In this document: positions 34,293-41,794 of the stretch, one piece after another | How positions within the stretch are numbered: position 1 is the first letter of the stretch | How the letters are laid out: every line of letters starts with the position of its first letter | Source: Terriglobia bacterium | GTDB lineage: Bacteria; Acidobacteriota; Terriglobia; 20CM-2-55-15 | Length of the DNA stretch: 64,000 bases | Reading direction: 5' to 3' | NCBI GenBank assembly: GCA_965218585.1 | Contig: CBDCLE010000019.1 | Location: forward strand, 1-64,000 | Made by a program: the position numbers and the translations under genes | The notes under the pieces: model-generated | What the model saw: only the letters and a program-made list of their open reading frames with translations | Database searches by the model: none | Told to the model about the DNA's origin: nothing

Positions 34293-34378
34293 GGAGAGGT
34301 GGCTGAGAGGTTTAAAGCGGGTGACTTCTAATCACTTGTGGGCACAATCCACCGTGGGTTCGAATCCCACCCTCTCCT
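34293..34378 (+). tRNA. Class II (long variable arm) tRNA with Ser-type body and UCU (Arg) anticodon; CCA not encoded
   Basis: Acceptor GGAGAGG/CCTCTCC, D arm GCTGAGAGGTTTAAAGC, GGTGA-CT-TCT-AA-TCACT, V arm GTGGG-CACAA-TCCAC, T arm GTGGG-TTCGAAT-CCCAC. Confidence 0.9.
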
Positions 34379-34419
34379 CTAAGCTGCTCTCCCCAAATTC
34401 AATTTTAGTACGACTATCA

Positions 34420-35175
34420 TCACCGAAAGACTGTCATAGGGAAGGTCGAAAACATGAGGCCATCAAAGAATAATCCTATAGCACTTACCGGAGAATCACA
34501 GAACAATGTACCCCTCCTAATTATAAATTCATCCTCTGGAAGACTCAGTATCTCATCTATGAATAGAGTATGACTGCTCTTTGATCCAATAGAAAACTCA
34601 AAGAAGTATTCTTCTTTGTAGAATACTTCTATTGAGCAATTTGCATCTCTATTTTGGTCATTAGCAATTCCCACAGCCATACGCTGCCCAATCTCTACCC
34701 ACTGGTTAATCCACAATGTAAGAAATTCTCCTGGTTGGGAGGAAAAGACAGCTGCTATTCCATAGGGAAAATAGTTAGCGTCATAGAACCCATATTGTAT
34801 GAATGCTGCAACAGGAGCAGTACATTCCAAAGTAGCATATCCAGTCTCTATGTCACTACCAGCACCGGTAGTTCTTACCAACATATTTGGATTATTCTCT
34901 GGAAAAGTAAAAGCTGCCCCATCATCAATTATAGAGAATACCGGACTAGGAACAAGCCGATCTGAGCTTATCCCATAGAGAGTATAAGCACATCGAGGAT
35001 TGTTCGGATAGCTAGTATTGGTAAGGTATAAATGGGAGAAGAAGTGTGCCCCATCCCCAAACTCCCCATCTGCTATCACAGGAAATACATGATAGGTTTT
35101 GGATGTCTCATCTACGTTCTGTCCTAGCGCCGAAGCAGAAACCAACAGAAAAGATAACAAAGTTAGGAATTTCAT
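34420..35175 (-). CDS. Secreted beta-rich hypothetical protein (cassette cargo)
   Basis: Signal peptide MKFLTLLSFLLVSASALG; two similar halves each with a Cys pair and C(T/D)(A/S)PV. Confidence 0.75.
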   Translation of the reverse strand: MKFLTLLSFLLVSASALGQNVDETSKTYHVFPVIADGEFGDGAHFFSHLYLTNTSYPNNPRCAYTLYGISSDRLVPSPVFSIIDDGAAFTFPENNPNMLVRTTGAGSDIETGYATLECTAPVAAFIQYGFYDANYFPYGIAAVFSSQPGEFLTLWINQWVEIGQRMAVGIANDQNRDANCSIEVFYKEEYFFEFSIGSKSSHTLFIDEILSLPEDEFIIRRGTLFCDSPVSAIGLFFDGLMFSTFPMTVFR

Positions 35176-35193
35176 GGAAGGCTCCAATTGAAA

Positions 35194-35316
35194 TCCTATG
35201 CTGAGGGAATGGTACAGAAGAAAGCTATCAGGTAAGATACCGTCTAGGCTAACTCTTCCTCAGCATAGGAGGGTTAGCTCAGAACCCGCTCGGTGACTGT
35301 AACACTGGGCGGGTTC
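35194..35316 (-). promoter_or_regulatory. Structured 5' leader with mutually exclusive pairings
   Basis: Hairpins 35282-35316 and 35248-35278; 35258-35270 also pairs perfectly (13 bp) with 35194-35206 next to the RBS. Confidence 0.6.
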
Positions 35317-35361
35317 GTCCCAATCCCCTCATAATATCACACATGAGGTTTGCTCAATGAC

Positions 35362-35390
35362 TTGACTTTCACGACAAATCGTGCTCTAAT
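35362..35390 (+). promoter_or_regulatory. Promoter TTGACT-N17-TCTAAT with palindrome CACGA-N4-TCGTG in the spacer
   Basis: Read directly; lies just 5' of the structured RNA. Confidence 0.5.
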
Positions 35391-35405
35391 ACAAGCGGTG
35401 CGGTG

Positions 35406-35624
35406 CATGAATAGAATGAACCAGTCATATCACAAATTCTGAGAGAAAACAGCTCTCAGAAAAGGAGGTGCCATGTGAACGGATTTGGCGGACTACATGA
35501 ACCAACTCCTATAGTGTAGATGAGACGGACACAAGTGCAGGCATTTCTTAGGTTTGGTGGTTACTAATCAATGCCCTGTCCGCCTCATCAATCACCGAGA
35601 CATGACTGGTTCATTCTATTCATG
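35406..35624. ncRNA. Candidate structured RNA: 23-bp perfect closing stem plus three internal hairpins
   Basis: CATGAATAGAATGAACCAGTCAT (35406-35428)/35602-35624; hairpins 35437-35461, 35463-35510, 35519-35589. Confidence 0.65.
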
Positions 35625-35714
35625 AATCCTACATAGCAAATTTTCCCCCTTGCAATTTTCGTCCTTCATGTGCTAAAATCAGGTATAGGAAACGACGTAA
35701 GGAGGAAAGAAAAA

Positions 35715-35936
35715 ATGCAAGTTGGACCATCTATCTTATTGCGTGAAATACCACCCGATGGGATTCGTCTGATTCTCCAAAGTACAAATCAACCCCACGA
35801 CATCCCAGGGAAACGTCTCCTTTCAAAAGCTGAGGCTGCTCTTTTAGCTTTTGGGCTTCTTCTGGAGTTAGGGCACACCACGGACAATCAGATTCTTGAT
35901 TCTTTTCATTGGGCTGAGAAATTTCTGCAGCAATAA
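35715..35936 (+). CDS. Small hypothetical protein, 73 aa (cassette cargo)
   Basis: SD AAGGAGG; upstream TTGCAA..TGCTAAAAT promoter-like sequence. Confidence 0.6.
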   Translation: MQVGPSILLREIPPDGIRLILQSTNQPHDIPGKRLLSKAEAALLAFGLLLELGHTTDNQILDSFHWAEKFLQQ

Positions 35937-36009
35937 CCGAAGAGTGCGTCAAGTTAGTTGACATTTGCTTACCTCCAAGATAAGACGTTGGCAGTCAAGG
36001 AAAAGAGAA

Positions 36010-36228
36010 ATGCAATTCAGCATTGATCGCGTTCAAGGCTTAGTAAATAGAGTTGAACTTGCCGGATCGACTGGAAAGAACAAATTATTGTGCTTGAATT
36101 TTCACCTCGAACCACTACAGCTTCAGTATCTCCCCTTTCAACCTGAAGTCCTCCTTCTAATTGCACCCAACGAGGCACAGAAGCTATCCGACGATCTGCT
36201 AAAGCTTCTAATTCCGCATCAGAGGTAG
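36010..36228 (+). CDS. Small hypothetical protein, 72 aa (cassette cargo)
   Basis: Purine-rich RBS; stop codon overlaps the right IR. Confidence 0.5.
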   Translation: MQFSIDRVQGLVNRVELAGSTGKNKLLCLNFHLEPLQLQYLPFQPEVLLLIAPNEAQKLSDDLLKLLIPHQR

Positions 36229-36281
36229 AGCGTGTCAAGTGAGTAATCGCCGAATTTTCGTGTCGAGTTTCATCAGTTGAT

Positions 36282-36944
36282 TCAGCTCACTACGCCGATC
36301 AGCATGGCGATCGGGATGGATATGTAGCCCAGGACGATGAGGGAGCTGACGACGACCGATCCGTGCCGAATCAGCGGATCATATCTGGAGTGATTGAGGC
36401 CCAGGGACTGAAACATGCTCCAGATCCCATGTCCCATATGAAGTCCGAGGCTTCCCACGGCTGCTATATAAAATATCGCTACAGGCCACTCCTGGAATCC
36501 TGTGACTACGTTTCGATAAACACTTTCCGCGTTGAAGTTCGGGTACGACGGATGAACCGTGCCGAACGTAAAGTGCAATAGATGGTAAATCACGAAAAGT
36601 GCGATGATGGGCCCGCTCCAAACCATCGTGCGAGACGCGTAACTCGCGTCCCTGTATTTGTGGCGTTGGTAGGGCACAGGGCGGGCCGATCGGTTCCGAG
36701 TCGCAAGATGCACTGCGGCCAGGACGTGAAAGCCGACCGCGCTAACAAGGGAGATTCGGGCGGTCCAGAGGAACTGTGGCGTTCCCTTCAGCAGCTTTGC
36801 CCAAGCGTCGAGGGTTTCCGGACCTGCGAAGATCTGGAGATTTCCGGCCAGGTGCCCAATGATGAACCCGAAAAGGACAATGCCGGTCGCGACCACCACG
36901 ATCTTCTTGCCGAGGGATGAACGATAAAAGCCGGGAATCCACAT
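36282..36944 (-). CDS. sdhC: Succinate dehydrogenase cytochrome b subunit
   Basis: SSLGKK..TG..HLAGNL, ASRTM, HLLHFT, HMGHGIWSMFQSLG; directly upstream of sdhA. Confidence 0.9.
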   Translation of the reverse strand: MWIPGFYRSSLGKKIVVVATGIVLFGFIIGHLAGNLQIFAGPETLDAWAKLLKGTPQFLWTARISLVSAVGFHVLAAVHLATRNRSARPVPYQRHKYRDASYASRTMVWSGPIIALFVIYHLLHFTFGTVHPSYPNFNAESVYRNVVTGFQEWPVAIFYIAAVGSLGLHMGHGIWSMFQSLGLNHSRYDPLIRHGSVVVSSLIVLGYISIPIAMLIGVVS

Positions 36945-36952
36945 CGCGCTTT

Positions 36953-37453
36953 CTATTCCAGGAATGGCTGGCTGGTGTCTTCAGTTGCGGCTTCGAGATC
37001 GTGCTCAATGATAGTGCGCGCACAGGCGTTCCACCTCAGCAGCGCGTCGTCGTTGCCCGGAGGGCGGTTCTGCTCCGATTTCTCATACCAGTCCATGGCC
37101 TTACGGAGCCAATCGTAGGCTACGTATCCGGACCCATGGGACCCCTGCTTGAGATGAGCCCGGCCGCGTCTCTCAGAGACGAGGCCTGAATAATAGGTTC
37201 TTTCGTACTGGTCCCGAATCCTGGGAAGCAAGTCTCGAGCCCGGGTATATGTGTCCCGCTCACTGTGAGAGAACTCGTCCGTGAGTGCGAGAAGGAGTAC
37301 GACGAGCGCCTCCTGGTTTTCCGGGTCGATCTCGAGAATGTCCAGGCAGATGCTCTCCGCCTGCTCGGGTTCGTTCAAGAGGCGGTACTTTTTCGCCCGT
37401 TCGAGAGCTCGGAGTAGGGTTTCTCCGGATAAAGGCTTGAATTGAAACTGCAT
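36953..37453 (-). CDS. TPR-like conserved hypothetical protein
   Basis: YRLLNEPEQAESICLD..GNDDALLRWNAC. Confidence 0.7.
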   Translation of the reverse strand: MQFQFKPLSGETLLRALERAKKYRLLNEPEQAESICLDILEIDPENQEALVVLLLALTDEFSHSERDTYTRARDLLPRIRDQYERTYYSGLVSERRGRAHLKQGSHGSGYVAYDWLRKAMDWYEKSEQNRPPGNDDALLRWNACARTIIEHDLEAATEDTSQPFLE

Positions 37454-37699
37454 CTGTGGTTTTTAGCCGAATGCCGAAGGGCTCATCGAATAGAGATGAG
37501 CATAGCGACGAACTCCCAGAATGTTCCGAAAAAGACGGGATCTTTTGTCTAGCATCTGCACAAGGCTTTGTCGGGTTTGTCAACAGGTCCTCGTGGAGTT
37601 CTTTTGACCTGTGGCCTGCGAAGCCAGGGAGAGCGGACCGCAGAGGAAGAGGTGCTGGGGTGCCCATCGCGTCTACGGACTGTCAGCTTCATTGCTTTG

Positions 37700-38509
37700 T
37701 TATGCCTCACTTGAACTCAGGTCACCTTGACTAATTTCTTCGTATTCTCGCCGAATGACCTCTGCGCCGTATTTTCGCTCCAAGCGTCTGACGGTGAAAT
37801 GGCCGCATGCCATATCTTGAAAATGATTGATAAATACGAGATTGATCGCTGCGCCTCCAGCTCCGCCTATTGCGGGTACGGCTTGTGCAGCGAACTTCTC
37901 GGACACCGGCACACTGAATCGAGTGGCAACCTTCGTAATTAGTCGAACAATCGCGGGGGCACCTTCTGTGGCGAGCCCTTTTTTGGCTATGTATTTTGCG
38001 GCTTCAGAAACAGCTCGAGCTAGCGCGGCGCGTGTGGCGTAGTATCCGGTTTCTGCACCATCGTCGGCTTGTGAGTGCCCTCCAAGCGCGAACACCTCGA
38101 TGCACGCGAGCTGAGTGTCCGCCATACGAATATTCTCGCCCTCGCCACGAGCGATATCCGCTATCGAACGGAGCATGATGGTTGTCGACACGGGTAGCTC
38201 AATCGCCAATGCAGGAAGACCAAACGCACCACCAACTGCGCCACTCAGTGTCGTAAGTATCTTATGCGTGAGGTTGGACGGTCTTAGATCACGCTCGTTG
38301 TTCATAGTGGCAACGGCCAGTCGCAAGGAAGATTCGAGGGCGTTACGTGTAGCGTCCCCGATACGTCGGGAGACGGAATCGGGGAGTTTATCCACGGCAT
38401 GTTCGATCGGCTTTCCGATAAGGTTCGTGACCTCAATGGCGAAACCGGGATCCTCAAGGATGCCGACCGCATCTTTGAGAGCTTGAAGGTCATCGGCTTC
38501 AAGTTTCAT
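37700..38509 (-). CDS. EcsC family protein
   Basis: GAVGGAFGLPALAIELPVSTTIMLRSIADIAR, ACIEVFALGG. Confidence 0.8.
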   Translation of the reverse strand: MKLEADDLQALKDAVGILEDPGFAIEVTNLIGKPIEHAVDKLPDSVSRRIGDATRNALESSLRLAVATMNNERDLRPSNLTHKILTTLSGAVGGAFGLPALAIELPVSTTIMLRSIADIARGEGENIRMADTQLACIEVFALGGHSQADDGAETGYYATRAALARAVSEAAKYIAKKGLATEGAPAIVRLITKVATRFSVPVSEKFAAQAVPAIGGAGGAAINLVFINHFQDMACGHFTVRRLERKYGAEVIRREYEEISQGDLSSSEA

Positions 38510-38597
38510 GGCGTTCCTTGCCCTGGTTTGGTGGCGTAACGGATTCGGAATTCTGTTGGCGGACCACGATGCCGACTCCCGAAGTTAGAAAATATTG

Positions 38598-39098
38598 TCA
38601 GGTTTCGTTTTCGGTTGTGGCCCGGTCGATCCACTTCTTTGCGAGGCCGTGATGATCCTTCCATGCACTCCATGTGGAATCCGCCCACTCCCTGACCCGC
38701 TTGACGTGTTCTTCGGGATCGGCGGCGCCGTGCACATGAATAATCGTCAGCTCACCCCGCCGGCCGAGGGCAGGCCCATCAGGTTTCTCAATGGCCTTCG
38801 CGCCATTCAACCATCGTTGTAAGGACTGATTGATGGCATCGGTCTCCTTGCTTTCGAGGGCCACCCACATGCCAGTGAGGTGCGCAGCAAACGATTTCCC
38901 CGACCGCATGTATCGTGGATGTTGCAAGGCGTACGTGTCTACGGTCAGGCGAAGAAGTTTTCCGTATCGGTAGTCTTCAAATTCCCGGGCGAGGACCTCG
39001 TCGAAAAGCGTCTGACAGCTTGGGTTGCCTTCAGACACTAGTGCGCCGCAATCTTCGCATTGGCGACCCGATGTCGCCTGAGGGTCAGGGTTCGGCAT
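38598..39098 (-). CDS. DUF5946-like protein
   Basis: CEDCGA, VDTYALQHP, HVKRVREWA. Confidence 0.65.
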   Translation of the reverse strand: MPNPDPQATSGRQCEDCGALVSEGNPSCQTLFDEVLAREFEDYRYGKLLRLTVDTYALQHPRYMRSGKSFAAHLTGMWVALESKETDAINQSLQRWLNGAKAIEKPDGPALGRRGELTIIHVHGAADPEEHVKRVREWADSTWSAWKDHHGLAKKWIDRATTENET

Positions 39099-39646
39099 TA
39101 TGAGTCGGCGGCATTGCCCGTCCAGCCGTTTCGTTCGATCGTACTGGTGATGTGTGCAAGATGGTGTCGCCCGTGCCATGTATAGCTTCCCACGTTCCAC
39201 CGCAGCTCGGTTGGTCCCGAAACCGGGTGTACAAATCGTCGGGACAACTGATCGGGCGATAGAGCACGAAGCAGAACTACCCATCTTTCGTGGAGTGCTG
39301 CCAGAAACTTCAGGCTCGTCTGAACAGGAGTGTCGCCATAATCAGCCAGCTCAGCCCAACGTTGCTCGTCATAAACCTTGATCAGTGGCTCCTCTTCGGT
39401 CAGCGCCCACTTGAATCGGACGTAGCTGTGGAGGTGACTGTCCCCGACGTGGTGGACAACCTGGCGGAGCGTCCAGCCACCCGGCCGGTACGCTGTGTTC
39501 AGTTGATCGTCGCTCAAGACGTTTACCGCCTTGAGCATCTGCTCAGGGAGCGCCTGGATTTGCCCGATCCAGAGATCAAGATCATCATCGGCCACGGGCC
39601 CGTCATGTTCGAACAGGCCAATCGGGTAGCGAAGGTCTTTCATCAC
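39098..39646 (-). CDS. YfiT/BstA (DinB superfamily) thiol transferase
   Basis: LRYPIG, YRPGGWT.RQVVHH..DSH, WHGRHHLAHI. Confidence 0.9.
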   Translation of the reverse strand: MMKDLRYPIGLFEHDGPVADDDLDLWIGQIQALPEQMLKAVNVLSDDQLNTAYRPGGWTLRQVVHHVGDSHLHSYVRFKWALTEEEPLIKVYDEQRWAELADYGDTPVQTSLKFLAALHERWVVLLRALSPDQLSRRFVHPVSGPTELRWNVGSYTWHGRHHLAHITSTIERNGWTGNAADS

Positions 39647-39647
39647 T

Positions 39648-40133
39648 TCAGTTCGCTGTTTCCCACTCTTCGTCCGTTGCCGGCTGCTTCTGGTATTCCA
39701 TCACCATGAGCCAAGCCCCGCCTTTCCGTACAAGCAGCCCTTCGAAATGGACCGTGGCGACTGTCTGATTCCCATCCTCCGGTTTCAGCGTGTACCGGAA
39801 GATCCCGGTCTCGTGTGCTGTCGTCTCGTCGTGAAGCCGCTCGGTGAATCGGAACGTGACGCTGGCCTGGGCCTTTCCGTCGCGGGTGTCAAGGAAACCC
39901 TGCTCCCATCCCGCGAATGCCTGCTCAATTGGATAGCTGGTCCCCGACTGCAAGTTGACCAGGATCGCATCGGGATGATAGAGTCGGCTGTAATCCTCGA
40001 AATCGCCTTCCTCGACAGTCCGAGCTACCTCGACCCAGTAGTCGTCGAGCTCGGCGATGACCTGGGCTTCGACAACTGAGGGAGAGAGAAGGATCAGACC
40101 GTTGATTGAGAGCCGAATCAAAGTTGACTTCAT
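39648..40133 (-). CDS. Secreted NTF2/DUF4440-like protein
   Basis: Signal peptide; YHPDAILV, AHETGIFRY, W.MVMEYQ. Confidence 0.7.
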   Translation of the reverse strand: MKSTLIRLSINGLILLSPSVVEAQVIAELDDYWVEVARTVEEGDFEDYSRLYHPDAILVNLQSGTSYPIEQAFAGWEQGFLDTRDGKAQASVTFRFTERLHDETTAHETGIFRYTLKPEDGNQTVATVHFEGLLVRKGGAWLMVMEYQKQPATDEEWETAN

Positions 40134-40167
40134 TAGAGCCTCCGAAAGTCGTGACGAAGTTGCTGGT

Positions 40168-40743
40168 TCAACCGTTTTGGTCATACGCCGCTCGCAGCAA
40201 ATGCTCCACCTCACCAGTGATTTCCTCCACGGATGTCAAGGAGAGCTTGTGCGTTGCCTGTCCGGGCACCTTTGCTGGGATCAGTAGCTTGGAGTCGGGC
40301 GGATCCGTGTAGCGCAACCCAACGTCCAACCGGGTGCGAGTTGCGGCGGCCACTGCCGCAAACTGTCGACGTCGCACAAATGGAGTGTAGGTTGCGCGAC
40401 CTTCCAATCTGATATCGTTTCCGAACGCCTCTACGATCTTAAGTAAGCGATCAAAGATAGGGCTCAACGTCGTCTTTGCGCCGGCGTACTGCTGATCGAC
40501 ATACTCCTTGGTGCTAGGCCGCTGCCACCCCGCGGCTCGCGCAGCCGCATCGGCGATGGTCCACTGTGAGTTCTGCCCCACCCCGTGTTCGGCCTTCAAC
40601 CAACGGCGTACGGCCTTCTGGTCCAACGAATCGATCGGGCCAGAGTCAACGATGGCCACCCACTCCTGCAATGTGCGTCCCGTGCGCTCTCGCATGGACT
40701 CGGCAACTGCGGCCATCATGTCTCGTGGGTTCTTGGACTTCAC
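40168..40743 (-). CDS. DUF4287/DUF5655-type protein
   Basis: ERTGRTLQEW, WLKAEHG, RRRQFA, LLRAAY. Confidence 0.7.
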   Translation of the reverse strand: MKSKNPRDMMAAVAESMRERTGRTLQEWVAIVDSGPIDSLDQKAVRRWLKAEHGVGQNSQWTIADAAARAAGWQRPSTKEYVDQQYAGAKTTLSPIFDRLLKIVEAFGNDIRLEGRATYTPFVRRRQFAAVAAATRTRLDVGLRYTDPPDSKLLIPAKVPGQATHKLSLTSVEEITGEVEHLLRAAYDQNG

Positions 40744-40835
40744 CGATGGATTGCCCCCGGAACACTGATTGTCGAACAATCGACTGCTCGTCCGCCCAAC
40801 GGACCGGCATCACGGACTGCCAGCTTCATGCTTTG

Positions 40836-41240
40836 TTATGCGCCGTTCCATTGCGCAAGGTGTAGTAGCACACCTGAAGGGTCCCACACGTATGTCACCA
40901 GCGCTCCGTACGACTCCTGTTTCGGTGCTCTGACGCGTACGTCAGGAAATGTGTTCGACTCGACAAGAGATGCCACTCGATCATAGCAGGCCTGAGCATC
41001 AGCTACGGTCACATGAAGCATGAAGTTTTCAGCCCATTCTTTCGCGTAGTAGTTCTGCAGATAGAAACGTTGGTCCGCCACCTCTAAGAGGGCAAGATTG
41101 TCATCTCCCCATTTCACCGTCCAGCCGAGCGATTCGTAGAACGCCTTCGATATCGAGAAGTCCTTTGCAGGCACGAAGACCCTGACGTCTGTGATCTCCA
41201 GGTTGGTCACTTCATTCCCTCGTGTGCCATGATCGGCCAC
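40836..41240 (-). CDS. VOC/glyoxalase family protein
   Basis: FVPAKDFSISKAFYESLG, DPSGVL. Confidence 0.85.
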   Translation of the reverse strand: MADHGTRGNEVTNLEITDVRVFVPAKDFSISKAFYESLGWTVKWGDDNLALLEVADQRFYLQNYYAKEWAENFMLHVTVADAQACYDRVASLVESNTFPDVRVRAPKQESYGALVTYVWDPSGVLLHLAQWNGA

Positions 41241-41288
41241 GGTTGTTTCATGCGCTTCTCCTTGGGCAGGGGAGGCTGGAGCGAATTG

Positions 41289-41621
41289 TTAGCCTCCGAT
41301 CTTTGTGCCCTCGGCCACGAGGACTAATTCATCACGATGAAGCTGCACTTCCCCCGCGGCAAATAAATCTTTCCCCTTTTGCCTAAGACGAGAAGCGTGC
41401 TTTTCATAATAGTTCTGAAGTGATTGCATCGTCTCGAAAAGATAATGGGTTTCGAATTCGGTTTCCGATTTCCTAAACACGCGACATTCAATGCAGCCTG
41501 GCACTTCAAGAAGATCGTCTCCGTGCTCATTCAACATCCAGGAATAGAATCTCTCACCCGCTTCTTTGGATTGCGCGGTTGCGCTCACGCGGTACAAGAC
41601 CGTTTGCTTGATAGCTTTCAT
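41289..41621 (-). CDS. DUF4286-like dimeric alpha/beta barrel protein
   Basis: WMLNEHGDDLLEVPG, YYEKHASRLR. Confidence 0.6.
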   Translation of the reverse strand: MKAIKQTVLYRVSATAQSKEAGERFYSWMLNEHGDDLLEVPGCIECRVFRKSETEFETHYLFETMQSLQNYYEKHASRLRQKGKDLFAAGEVQLHRDELVLVAEGTKIGG

Positions 41622-41794
41622 TCGATTTCCCTGCGGACAGCCCCGGAATCTAACATCTAAGTCGACTGCAAAGCCCCCACGTACAACGCTATAAGGAAGG
41701 ACGCCCCTTTGTCGGCTGTTGCCAGGAGGAAAATCTCCCGACAACAACCCATTCAACGTAGCTGCGTTGAATTCAAAGACAAAGGAGCACGTAA

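Larger units (their letters stand above)
34199..36251. mobile_element. Non-autonomous cargo cassette with IS1595-like ends
   Basis: 24-bp IRs GGCGATTACTCACTT(C/G)ACACGCTC (23/24 match); 8-bp direct repeat GAATTTTC at 34191-34198 and 36252-36259; AT-richer than flanks; no transposase. Confidence 0.92.

Noticed and set aside
34320-34336. Reading the tRNA as an amber suppressor (CTA), or as tRNA-Pyl/tRNA-Sec
   Set aside because: The stem GGTGA/TCACT centres TCT in a 7-nt loop; CTA is off-register, and the fold is 7/5 rather than the 8/5 of bacterial tRNA-Sec.
35406-35624. Complete retron
   Set aside because: No reverse transcriptase in the window and no clear branching G; kept only as an unexplained RNA.
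35731-36238. Minus-strand ORFs 35731-35964 and 36017-36238 in the cassette
   Set aside because: The plus-strand alternatives have better RBS/promoter support; not formally excluded.
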